Source: Tubiluchus corallicola
Lineage: Eukaryota; Animalia; Priapulida
NCBI GenBank assembly: GCA_030141605.1
Contig: JAQGDQ010002379.1
Location: 1-64,000, forward strand
DNA: 64,000 nt
Direction: 5' to 3'
Below, one piece after another: positions 1 through 12,600 of this stretch. The position numbers and the translations under genes were made by a program. The first letter of the stretch is position 1; each line of letters begins with the position of its first letter. Below the pieces are notes generated by a model. That model had not been told where the DNA came from, did not search any database, and saw nothing but the letters and a program-made list of their open reading frames with translations.

Positions 1-159
1 AAACTGCGCACAGTCTATACAGTAGAGTAATGCAAAGCTCAAATTGTCTTATAAAGGCATTGAATAACAGTGACGCATTTTACACTTCAGACATAAGAGA
101 CCAGTGGAGGAAAGTGTTAGGTAGAAATTATGAGTGACGATTCAGGCTGGACGTGTGAT

Positions 160-219
<60 letters not shown>

Positions 220-414
220 ACTGTTATTTTATCTATTTATGCATTAATTTGCACGTGTTGAGAGGGGGTGTTATAATTATTGTGGGTTATGTATTCAATG
301 ACCCTAGTTCGAAATAAAGAATGAAATCAAATCAGATACGACGGATGCGACGGATAGGTGGCTCAGGATAACTGTGTACTATTATGACGCAATCTCAGAT
401 ACAGCAGTGCTGTG

Positions 415-487
415 TCGAGTAAGTAGCTCACTCAGAAGAGCATGTGCCATTAAAGCACAAGTCTTGAGTTCGAATTCTAGATGACTC
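415..487 (+). mobile_element. degenerate tRNA-derived SINE head
   Basis: A-box-like gtagctcactc and B-box gagttcgaattc. No intact cloverleaf. Confidence 0.35.
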
Positions 488-807
488 ATAATTTCTCAGT
501 GTCACAATAAAATTTATATGTAAAATATTTAATTTCTGCAATTGTTTGTGAATTTGTCTCCTAAGACACACAGATGAGTTTTATGGGACCTTTCAAACGA
601 ACAAACATAGAAAAATCAATTCCGTGATTGAAAATAAAATGAACAGAATCACTACTAGTGCAGGCCCATTGGAACAAGAAAAATCTGGCATTACATACAC
701 ACTGAAACTTGTGTCAGCAAACCTGCATCAGCATCAGCAAAAGTTTAATAATCAATGCAAAATGCCATAAAATTAAATAACTCACAAAAATATGAAACTG
801 ACATTAC

Positions 808-1955
808 CGTCAACATCCATATCCTCTTCCTCATCAGATGGGAGGGTGCAAACGACCAGATCGACTAAGCGCTCTTTGTTTGTTAACTGCGCAGCTTTTT
901 CAGCCTCCCTGGCCCCTCTACGCCAATTGAAATCGCTGCTGAAGAACTTGCCTCCCTTTTGCGCGCCTCTTGAATCGAGCCCAGTGAATCTACGTACATA
1001 CCTGGAATAGGAGGAACAAACAATAAACTATTCAACCTGCCTTACTGGGCTGTAATGATACACCTACTTGCCTCCCTTTTGTGCACCTCTTGAATCGAGC
1101 CCAGTGAATCTATGTACATACCTGGAATAGGAGGAACAAACAATAAACTATTCAACCTGCCTTACTGGGCTGTAATGATACACCTACTTGCCTCCCTTTT
1201 GCGCGCCTCTTGAGTCGAGCCCAGTGAATCTACGTACATACCTAGAGAATAGGAGGAACGAACAGTAAACAATTCAACCTGCCTTAACGGGTTGTAATGA
1301 TACACCTAGGGCACAATATGATACACGTTATGATATTTGTATGATACTAACCTTACAAAATGATACCAATGATACCAGACACACCCGAGTTAAAAACTCG
1401 TAATGAAAGATGTTACGATGCATCAATATATCGTTAAAAGCTTACTGCTATTGCTGATTTTTACTTGATGGAAGACCTACGCCCAGGGGCGGCTGAGCCA
1501 CGGGAGTAAGCCCACTTGCCTTTTCCAAGCGGGCAGTGCGGGAGCAGAACTTTGCCTTTCTGACGGAAAAATGTGTGGTTATCCACGATTACCCCGAAGA
1601 GTTTACAGGAACATAGGAAGAATATGTGACGGCAGAAGGCATTTGGGGTGTCTTAGATACGCCCTTATATATATGTCTTGTCATCATAACCTTGGTCACA
1701 GATATATGGGTAGACAAAATGTGCCCTTTTCGTAAATGCTGCCCCCGCACCTGTAATTTGCTACCTGAGCCCGTACCTAGGCCTAATAGTTCGGCCAATA
1801 GGACACACAATTATGTTCCACACAATTATAGGATAACGCATAACCAATAAGATTTCATCTGCAATGGTTCTTCTTGATTTCTATAAGTAACCAATTACAA
1901 CAATGTGTCACACACACACACGCATGCACGCACACACACGCACGCACGCATGCAG

Positions 1956-1986
<31 letters not shown>

Positions 1987-3194
1987 CACACACACACGAA
2001 ATAGCCACGTAACTCCGCTGAAGATTAACAAATTAGTGAAATGCTCACTTGGAAGACACCCACCCTCTGGTGGGTGGTTGGTCAAAAAACTGAACATGAA
2101 TCATAGAAGTTGGCTCTGTTTGATAATGAATGTTTCTGGTTGGATGGTTGTATACAAGACTCGGCCACCATGGATAACCTTCCATCTTTGCCCACACTAA
2201 ATCACCAGGCTGAAGTTCATCACCTATAATGCAATTTAAATGCACAGTAGGAAAATTTAAATCAAAAATGAGAATATTTACAAAAATTCTCAAAATTCCC
2301 CGAGGAGCATTTAAAACGTTCACTAGGTTTTCAAGACAAGAGGCAGTGTCACAAATTAAAGCTTTTGCACAATTTTTTTGCCGCGCTTTACAAAGATTTG
2401 CTCAACTAAAATCTTAAAAAGTTAGCAGCAATCAGTGTTGGAAGTACTTCGAGAATTAATCTTTGACTTACTCATGACTTGACATTGCTTCATTTTTTTG
2501 CTTCTTATGTTGGTTTCAGTTCTTGATTTATATGTAATTATTAGTTTTGTTTTTGATGAGTTTAAATTTTCCGTTTTGTTTGCTAATTTAAATTTTGTCT
2601 CTTCTCATTGCAAAATTTATTTACTGTTTCTAAATTTAAACTCATTTGAACTTGTTGCCTCATTTATTCTATTTTATTAAGTTGCTGATTATTTTCATTT
2701 GTACACACCTTACTTGACAGGTCACTTAATTTTCTTCACTTTGGATAGGGGTGCTTGACTTGGTGACCCTTGGTCTTTTCGCCACCCCGCCTCTTTTCCG
2801 TCTTTATTTTAGTTTTTAGCTTTTGTTTATGTTTATTTTGTAACATTCAGAGACAAATAATTAATAATACTTTTAATTAAAAAACTGTTACAGCAGTATA
2901 CCACATATTAGCTGTTCATTCCCAATGCTTTCATAATTATCAAACACTGGCTGTTTTTTACAGGAGCTGACTTTATGTTATAACAAAAATACCCAGTTCT
3001 TGTTGAACATCTGCTTCAGTCTCATTAGCAGTGCCCGACTTTTCTGAACTCCGGTTGCACTTCGACGAAGACTTGGGTTCCTCTGCAACTTTTTTAATCT
3101 TTGAACTGCTATTAGCTTTCTTTGCAGAAGCAGCAGAATTTGCTGGGGTAGGAGACTTCGTGAAATAGTTAAAAAGCGTATTTCCCTGAGGCAT
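808..3194 (-). CDS. MSH6: DNA mismatch repair protein MSH6, N-terminal exons (gene probably continues beyond the left edge of the window)
   Basis: Three GT-AG exons with consistent phases. 3194-2993: [15 protein letters not shown], a PIP-box like the vertebrate MSH6 N-terminus. 2223-2049: PWWP domain [22 protein letters not shown]...[15 protein letters not shown]. 1001-808: [21 protein letters not shown]...[17 protein letters not shown]. An acceptor at 3216-3217 implies an upstream non-coding exon (candidate donor near 5022). Confidence 0.93.
946..1307. repeat. 3 x 120-bp tandem duplication of the MSH6 intron/exon-3 boundary
   Basis: Units start at 946, 1066 and 1186 (acttgcctcccttttg...gatacacct). 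Each contains the acceptor and the first 54 nt of the exon. Confidence 0.95.
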
Positions 3195-4099
3195 GTTCGT
3201 CTTCAAGGATCGAATCTGAAAAGATGAATATTATCACAAGTTTTCTGAAATAGGTAGAATATTTTTCAATATAAAACTTTTGTTGTTAAAAACATTTAAC
3301 ACGGAATGTAATTGTAATTGGATAATTTGTATCATTTATACTGTTTTTATTTGTATATTTTTCTTATTTCTTTTTGTTATTTGCAGCATCACCGTTAATT
3401 TTTAATATGACTAATCTACTTATAAGAAAGGGCAGGAGACTAGATGACCCTATGGTCCTTCCCTGCCCTGCTCCATGATTATAATTACTTGATATTTAAA
3501 AAACTTTTGATGTTAAACTAATTGGAGAAAATAAATGTTCTATGTTTATGTAATAGTGATGGGCGATTTTGAAATTTCCTAATTTGATTACAATTTTGTT
3601 CTTGTAATTCGATATCACGATTGTAATTTTCCAGTGTTTTAGCCATATTTTTCAAACATTGTGGCACTGAAATATATCCTATAAACTTTTTCATATCTTT
3701 TACCGCTGTCTGCCATTTTCGTACTCCTAAACTATTTTTATAGACCTGTACATTCATTAACTATTCTATTACTATGTCACTACACAAGTCATGTAGAAAC
3801 AAATAAGGATCCCCAGTTTGCGACACTGTGACTGCAATTCTGCGCATTGTGGGAGGTGAGAAGAACGAAAAAATGCAATAATTCAGTTTATTCGAGCTAA
3901 AACCCTGCCTTTCAGTAAGCGTGTAATGTGTACATTTTGTTCTCGATTAACTGAATTACTGCACATCGATTTATACTTGGTTGTAATAACAATTTATCTA
4001 TTAATCGTCCATCACTAAATTGTAATACTAATTTGATGATTTTAATAAGTGCATAATCAAAACTCTTATTAGACCACACATAGAATACGTTAATGTTGC

Positions 4100-4520
4100 T
4101 TGGAGAAGTTCATAGGAGATGCTTAAGTCATAGAAAATGTTCAACAAAGGGCTACCAAGCTGGTTCCATCATTCAGTGACAGACTACAGAAGTAGAAACT
4201 ACTACTATTAAAAAGACTAAGAAAATTAAGCATTCAATCTTTACAAAATAGACGTCAACGAAGTGACATGATTCAGGTTTTTCCAATTATCAATAAAATC
4301 GATGTTTTGTATGAGTCATCCTTCTTTTCTTGAGGAATTCAGCAATTACCAGAGGTCATCCTTGTAAATTCTACAAACCCAGAGCCAGACTGTTTGTAAG
4401 AAGTACTCCTTCAGCAATCGAGTACTCAACTATTGGAATGGTTTAAGCAGCAAAACTATAGCATCTAAGCCAATAAATGAATTCAAAAGAAAGTTAGAAC
4501 AAGGGTGGAATCTGAAAAAT
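4100..4520 (+). mobile_element. CR1-group LINE 3' fragment (degenerate)
   Basis: Frameshifted translation gives TRGH..KFYKPRARL..KYSFSNRVLNYWNGL...EFKRKLE, typical of a CR1 ORF2 C-terminus. Confidence 0.65.
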
Positions 4521-5159
4521 TCCTTATACCGTACACTAAATGCCAGCAAAGAACAGGCATTACAGGTGATCCATGGATCTACTTCTAGCCTTAACATTAG
4601 ATATGGATAACTGTTTCAACTTTTTTATTTCTTTCTGTACTTTTTGCAGACACATCGAATTTCGGTTAATTTCTCTCAAGATAAGTATCTAAAGCAGTGA
4701 CGGTAAGCAAATATTTGTGTTCAAATAAATATTCTAACTTTTTTTCATTCGGTTTGATCCAAGTTAAGTTTTTTTTAATTATTCGGTTCGAATTCCCTGA
4801 CTAGCATTACAAGAGCTTGTAATACTATTAGTACATTTATAGTATACACTAAAATTAGCAAGTGCTTGTAGAAATGCCGCACGTTCAAGTTTTCCTGTGC
4901 ATTTACGTGCACAAAAGGGAGTTAAGATATATATCGGCTGCTAGAGCATAGCTGAGCCTATCGGTATAGTTTCCAAAGTTGAGATGTTTGCTCGCTGCAT
5001 AATTGTTATGTATGACAACTCACCTACCAATCTCTAAGTCTCATGTACAATGATATGAGCTTAATCTGGAGTTTACAAGTTGACCAGAATCAGAACAGAA
5101 GTTCACGACTGTAACAAATATTAAGTTTGTTTAAAGTTTCTTTTCTTATAAAGTAACAA

Positions 5160-5260
5160 TCGATGAATCTACTAAACGCGCTATGTTTGTGGCGGGAACT
5201 TTCCGGAAGTACAGCAGCAGGGTAACGGATGTTGATACACTCGAAACACGTGATCTTTCG
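5160..5260. promoter_or_regulatory. probable bidirectional promoter of MSH6 and PSTPIP1-like
   Basis: E2F-type site TGGCGGGAA (5190-5198) next to ETS/GABPA-type TTCCGGAAGT (5201-5210), and CACGTG near 5248. It lies between the divergent 5' ends of the two genes. Confidence 0.55.
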
Positions 5261-5377
5261 CTATTTACAAAGTTCACTTGCGGATGCAGAAGTGTGATCA
5301 ACTTTTCAAATTTACCATTAGATAAGAATAATTTTAGGTTTGTCATATGAATGCCTGGTATACCATAACAAGAGGCT

Positions 5378-6613
5378 ATGAAAGAATTTCGAGATTGTTT
5401 TTGGGTGAGTTTTATACTCTGTTTTGTAAACCTGTTTATGTTACTGCTGCTTTGGTACTTGTACTGGTAGTTATAAATAAATAACAACTTATACTAGTCT
5501 ACTGCTTTTCTACTTTTTACGTATTATTAATTATAGCAGTTATACTGCTTATAGTCTGCTAGTATAGTGACGCAGTGAGTTAGGTTTTATAGTGGGTTAC
5601 TTTGGTAGTCATTTCTATTCAAAAGTTTTTCCTAGTACAAAAGCAGCGGACTAGAAATGAAAACTGCATAGTGAACTGGTGTGCTGTTTTGGTCTGTTTT
5701 GTAGGTATTTGTAATTTTGCACAGCCTACTGCTTTCTTTTCTTGTAGTGATGCATAATAAAAGAAATAGAAATATCCCCAAGCTCTGCAAGGTAGGGACG
5801 CCATACCCTACTCCGGATGCAACATGTGGTGGAGTACCTTAGCACAACAAAAACTTTGATTCTCAGGATGTAGTTGTTGTATTACTTTCAAACCAACACT
5901 GTAAATTAGACTAATTAGATTAAATTAAACTAGATTGCACTCATTGCCAATAAGTGACTGGCGTAATGTGAAGCGTAATGTAGTACGTGATACGTACGGT
6001 TAGTTATATCGCAAAATGATTGATTTGAAATGTTCTGTAACAAATTTCAGGAAGCTGATTTTTGCAGTACACTAGGTTTTGATACTGTATTAAAAAGAGC
6101 AAAAGATGGTTACCAAGTGGGAAAAGATTTTCTGGAATTTGTAAAGCAAAGGTAGGCAACTAAAATAGCCAGCTTTTGTTCACATTTGATATCCTGCAAT
6201 GAATGAATCACCGCTTTATCCTAGCAGTGCTTTATAACCATAACATGTAATACTCTAATTCTAATTCTAATTCTATTTAATATGTTCACTTGAGTTTGCC
6301 ACTATTTTCAATTAATACATTATGAACAAGTATGTTACACTCTTACCCTTAAGTATCTCCACTAATGTTGCTTAATAGTCTATGTTACTAAATCCAACAG
6401 TAAGGTATATAAGTAAATGGATCCCCTAAACACTGGGGCAATATCATATCAGTTAACTTAACAATAATTTTCTAAATGTGATATTATGATCTAGAGTAAT
6501 TCTATCTCTAAATAGGCCTGTATCCGAAGATATTGAATAAATCCTTTAGGATTATAATCATACATTCTATGTTTACAAAGAGGAGTTTACCCACATGTAG
6601 GTAGGTGTGAGGT

Positions 6614-6673
<60 letters not shown>

Positions 6674-9600
6674 TGTGCATGCTTGCGTGAGTGCATGCCT
6701 GTGTGCTTAGCATTGTCTGTGTGGTTATGTAGAATTCTACGTTTAACTGTGTATAAATACTAACTAGTTTTAATTATATCAGTTTATTGTTCAGTCATCC
6801 ATCTTATTAATAGTCGGCTCACTAGTAAATATGGCTGACTTGATAACTTGCGTTCATTCGCCACCCTGTCACTTATGTATAGTAATAAAAATTAATATTA
6901 TTATATTATATTTTGTTTCCATTCTTTTGACATTGTACTAATATTTTTTTACTAACAGGTGAAAAGTAAGCGAATTCTAATTCTAATTCTATTAGCTTTT
7001 TAAATGTGAATGTATAAACTACGACTGCCCTGTTAAAGTAAATATCAAACTTTGATAATGTACGCTATGCACTGAAAACTACAGAGGAGGAAATATGACT
7101 TCGCACTCCCATGCTATGCAAACATAAAACGAGTACCTATTAGTAGTTTCATGGCAAATATTTCCAAGTTTGTCAAGTGGTAGAATTACAAGTTGAAACA
7201 AACAGAATGTACGCATATCACTGCAATGCATTACACAGCATGTGCTGCTACTGTACTTTCAGAAATTTTTTGCCCACAACGAATTTGTTTGAAGGTTTGG
7301 GCTGCACTTCTGTCGGATGCATTTTAGTTTTGTTTTATGCTTTTTCATCCTTCCGGTATTCTTTTTTTCGTAACATTTGGCATAAACTTCTAGTGGTTAA
7401 TATTTCGCTTTGTTTTTCTATCTTTCAGGGCACAGCTAGAAGAAGCTTACAGCAAGGCACTTGTGAAACTAGCCAAGTGCTCTCTTGGTCAAAATGAATT
7501 TGGGTAAACAGTTAATTAATCCTCTTGTTAATTAGTTTCAGTCTTGGTAGAGATTGTCTGCATTTTGCTCAGTCAATAGGGCTAAACTCTAAATTAAAAA
7601 AAGACTGCTTCACTGTTTATAACTGGAACCCAGAGCTGCGCCGTTTCAGCTGAGCTCCAGCCGGTTTATTTCTACAGTGACCTAGCCGATAAGAAACCCA
7701 GCTTTAGTCGCGTCAGCTGCACGGTGATGGGAGTCGAGCTAGCCGACATTTTTGCTGGCTGAAAAGGGTTTCGCTCTTGCAGCAATCACGTGACATTGTA
7801 AATCACTGGTTGAAATGTGGCAAACATATTGGGGATTTGCGGTCAGATTGTGCACGTGCTGGCCGAAAGACTAAACTTTAGAAATTTTTTAACGAGAAAG
7901 CTGGTCAATTCGAAATTACATACACAAATAGACAACGTTAGTCGCACGTATGGGATCATTTTGGTGTTTTGGTATACATTCGATAGTAACCAAGATAAGC
8001 CTCGTCAAGAGTTGGATTTAAATTATAATTATTTGCAATAAATCCATTGCTTTTTTATGATAATAAAAAATTGATCTCTAATGCATTATTTGAATTTGTA
8101 TATCAGTTCTTTCTATGTATAAGCACCACGGATTATTTTAAAAATTTAGCTCATAATTTAACAGTTAAAGGACAAGAAAAGGTACCTGAAGTGGTTTCAG
8201 AAAAATCGCCTTAAAAAGTTATATTACTTTATAGCAATTTTATCCATGTATCGTACTCGTGTTGAAAGGATTTTCTATTTGTTTCCATTTTACATCTCCC
8301 TCAATATTGTTTCGAAGTCGCAATTACATAACGTCACTATGCAAACGTAAATCAGGGGAAGAAAAGGCCATGTTAAATTATTTCCCAAAAACTTTCTATG
8401 CAAATCTGTATTACTTACCTTTTTGCTTACCCACTGGAAGGATTTATGTAACTAGAAAAGAGATTATTATTTATTTAAAATGTTTTCACCAATTGGTAAA
8501 ATGTTACTGAATCACTCTCCAGGGTGCACCACTCACTAACAAAAAACGTATTTTTCATCTTATTAAAAAGATACAGTAATTTAAAATTTTACTCAATTAG
8601 TGACGTGTGCGCTACGAATGCTGTGATTATTTTTTCAAAGTTTATACATTGTTATCTAAACTTGTTTCAAACGACTTATCGTCAAAATGGCTGTGTCTAA
8701 CGGTCATCACGGGAGTTTAAGTTCACAGGTTTTATACAGAGTGACTGCCACGTCTTGTATGCCAAAAGGCAGTATGTAAGTGGTATAAAATTTCAAGAGG
8801 AATTTTAAAGCTTAATGTTCATGGAGGGTTTTCTTGTGTTTTAACTAATAATTTATCATTTGTTAGTAGTTAACAAGAATTCGTAGCTTAAACCGGCTGA
8901 TTTTTTCTGCTGATGTAGTAGCAACTGTTTCAACCTTAGCCAAGCTAGCTAATTTATTGTGTGAGTCAACTGATGTAGTAGCAACTGATTCAACCTCAGC
9001 CAAGCTAGCTGATTTACCGTGTGAGTCAGCTGATGTAGTAGCAACTGACTCAGCCTCAGCCAAGCTAGCTGACTTACTGTGTGAGTCAGCTGATGTAGTA
9101 GCAACTGACTCAGCCTAAGCCAAGCTAGCTGATTTATTGTGTGAGTCAGCTGATGTAGTAGCAACTGATTCAGCCTCAGCCAAGCTAGCTGATTTACTGT
9201 GTGAGTCAGCTGATGTAGTAGCAACTGGCACATCTTCAACCTTTACTTATAATGATAATATCCCTCGGTACTAATTATCCATATCCTGAACAGTTGAAGT
9301 TCTTAAAGTTGAGTGAAAACACAGTCATAAAAGCGCCTAGTAATTACCGTACGTCTATTTTATCTGACGTTAATTTTTTTGATGAAAATTTTCCGTATAA
9401 TTTTTATAATTATACTGTTATTACAGTAGATGAATTTCATCTTCTGCTTGTTGAATTAGCTAAACTGTGTGTTTTTTCCAGTACGCTTCGCATGGGACTT
9501 GATTCATTAAGAACAGAAACAGAAAATATCGGTTACGCTCATAATGAGGTTGCTGTCAAGTATTATGAAGAACATGCCAAAATTTCTGTGTTTCTAGAAG

Positions 9601-12600
9601 ATCAGAGAAACAAGAGAAAGCAGGTTAAATCTTTTGTATTTAGATTCTTTTAAATATATAGAGTTATTTCCAGTCCGAAAGAAGTATGTATTAAGTTTAT
9701 ACATTTATGGAACTTACTACCCATTGAATTAAAACAAATAGAATCTCTCCACCACTTTAAAAAGAAATTAAAAGAATATCAATATAACAGGTTTCAACTT
9801 CCACATTGTGCATCTGATACTAATTACACAGACTCAACTTTCATCTACCCCCGCCCCTGACTCCATAAAATGATTAAAAATAAAACATTTTTAAGAAATT
9901 ATGTAATGTAATACGTGTTATGTTAGTTTTGTAATGTCAAATGTATAAATAGTGTAAATGTAATGAGTGAAATTTATGTAATGTAAAGCATGTTTCTGTT
10001 AATTGTGTCATGTCAAATGTATATGTAGTGTAAAATATGTCATGTAAAATTTAATGTACTTTTGTAATATTGTTTTATAAAAATATTTTAGTATGGTGTT
10101 TGTAAATATGTTCATTTGTATATAATTAGGCCTTAGTTTTGCACTTTGTTTTTTTTAAATATGCATTGGACGCATTTGTCTTGAACAGTGTTGTTATTTT
10201 AACATTACGCTGATCCTTACTCAATTTTATTATAATAAAGAATTAATATATATATATATAAGTGTGTTGACACAATTAATGTTTTACTTTGAACTTGTCA
10301 TAAACAGATAGCTGTTAATGATCTAACAATCGTGTTTGGTTTTAATTCAAGATAACCTCTTCTCTTCTTGCTATATTAATTGTTGTCTATAACTGAGTAA
10401 TTGTTCATTGGTACTGGTCTTACCGCAGGTTGAAGAAACCGTGAAAAAGTATCAAACAGCGAAAAAGAATCACCATAAGAAAACAATGGATGTAAGTAGG
10501 TACAGCACAGTGGTGAATTAATGTACATTTTTACTTCGTGTTGTTGAATCATCTGGTTGTTATCATCATGGTAAAAGGGACTATAGCGAAATTTACGGAA
10601 CAATACCAGAAGCAGAAAATATTTGTGATTAATTTATAGAGACTGACTTTTGACATGGCTTCATAGTTCAAAGATGGCAGCTGAAACATTGCTTAGGAAA
10701 AATAAACTATTTAACCTTTGTTGTGCACTTTTTCTTATTACCTCATCTTTAGGCTGTTGAATTGTTCTTACTCTAGTTTCTAATTAAACTATTAATCTTC
10801 CTTGAAAATAACTATTTGGTCTGATATGCTACCTTTTAGTTTTTAAATTATTCATTTAGTTGAAGAAATCGTATGAAAACAAGTGCAGGGAAGCTGATGC
10901 AGCAGAGCTGGACTATGAAGTGAAGAAAGACATCATGCCACAAAAAGACAAGGAAAAGGTTTGAATGTAAAATACCTGTAAAGAAATGATTAGGCTTGTT
11001 TGTGTTTTTGTTTTTGTTTACTTCTTGCAATGCACGATACATTTGTTTATACAAGTCTAACTTTGTTTAATTCACGTATAAGCTCTGCATGTTATGGTTT
11101 ACTCACACTCTTATAGTCTCATGGTGCTTGACTCTTTTCAGTTTTGTTAATAATAATATATTAACCATTTGCATGAATTCGTTTCAGTTGTTCCAGAAAA
11201 AGGACAAGCTGATTACTGCTGCCAGTTTGGCAGGTGGGAAAACTAGTTCATTTTTGTTACAATTGTTGCTGTCGCTTAAAAAAGAGTTTATACTCAGTGT
11301 CCAAAAATTTGAAAATGCCCAATTTTTCTAATAAACATCTGTTAGAATGTTTAGTCTAATCCTGGGGTGTGCAAATTATCTGACTAGCCAGGCCACATTA
11401 AACTTTCCCGCAATTCCTGCGGGCCACAGGCAGCTTGATTAGGGAGCCAAGTACAGAAAGGCCTAATAACGAATTTTTTTGCATCCGACCTGCGCACATC
11501 ATTACAACTACACTCAAGAAACTATTTTAGAAGTTGTTAAAATTTATATTACAAACCATATATTTCTACTTTCAGGACAGATAGTGGTAATTTCATTACA
11601 ATGCATATTAGTAATGTATATCACACAGTCTGTGTAGTACAGTGACATTAAGCTACAACCATCTTGTAAGGGTTAATGGCATCCGATCTAGTAGAAAAAA
11701 CTACCCGCACTATCTTTGGGATCGTGGCACAGACTTCACCTGGATACACTCAATTAATCGCCCAGGCCGCACTTTCATTAGGTTGACAAATCTCTTGCAT
11801 TTCCATTGCATTTGTGGCTGTTTAAAATTCATTTCATTTATTTCTTATAGCATTCACACTCTACGTAAGCTTGCACTTAAAAATAAAATAAAACTCGCAG
11901 TGTAATTGTTGAGAAATTTCTGAGCTGAAAATGTTTTTTTGTTTTTTATATCATGATAGAGTAACATGAGACCTGGTGCTAATTTTCTATCTAATGTAAT
12001 TGACAGTTTGTTATTGTTATTTTAGATAAGGCATATCAAGATGCAGTCACGGTACTTGAACAAACAAGAATTCACTGGGAAGAAGAAACAGAAATAGCTC
12101 TTGAGGTACGTCCTCCTCTCCTATTATTACCAGATATAGAATCACCTAGCATCAGTTTAATTCAGCGTTAAAGTTGTTATATAGGTTTTACACGTCATAT
12201 GTAGACACAGGAAAGTTCAAATGTGACTTAGGTAAGTCAAATGTAGAAATAGGAGTTTTGAATATGTTTTGGTAACTCAAATGTGACTTAGGTAAGTCAA
12301 ATGTAGATGCATTACTTTGAATAAATAGGTAATTAGCTCATTTGAGTGCAAATTGCAAAAAGATAAACCAAAGATAGTCGTCACCTCTTTCATAACTTTG
12401 AAAAATGTGTTTTTTATCCCTTCCCAAAGAACAGTGAATCACTAATTAGTTTTTTAAGTAATGCATTAGCACCGCATTAATGAATTAGTTTCTCTCAAAA
12501 AACATTGTTTATTTTAAGAATGTATTGTTTTCTCTAACAGTTCCAATGGTATGTAAAGTTTACAGAATATTAGTGAACTATTAGTAGACCTATAAAGTTC

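Noticed and set aside
8863-9239. Repetitive ORFs (mucin-like SLAEAESVATTSADSH)
   Set aside because: Translation of a 60-bp intronic minisatellite, antisense to the host gene, with no convincing start or splice context.
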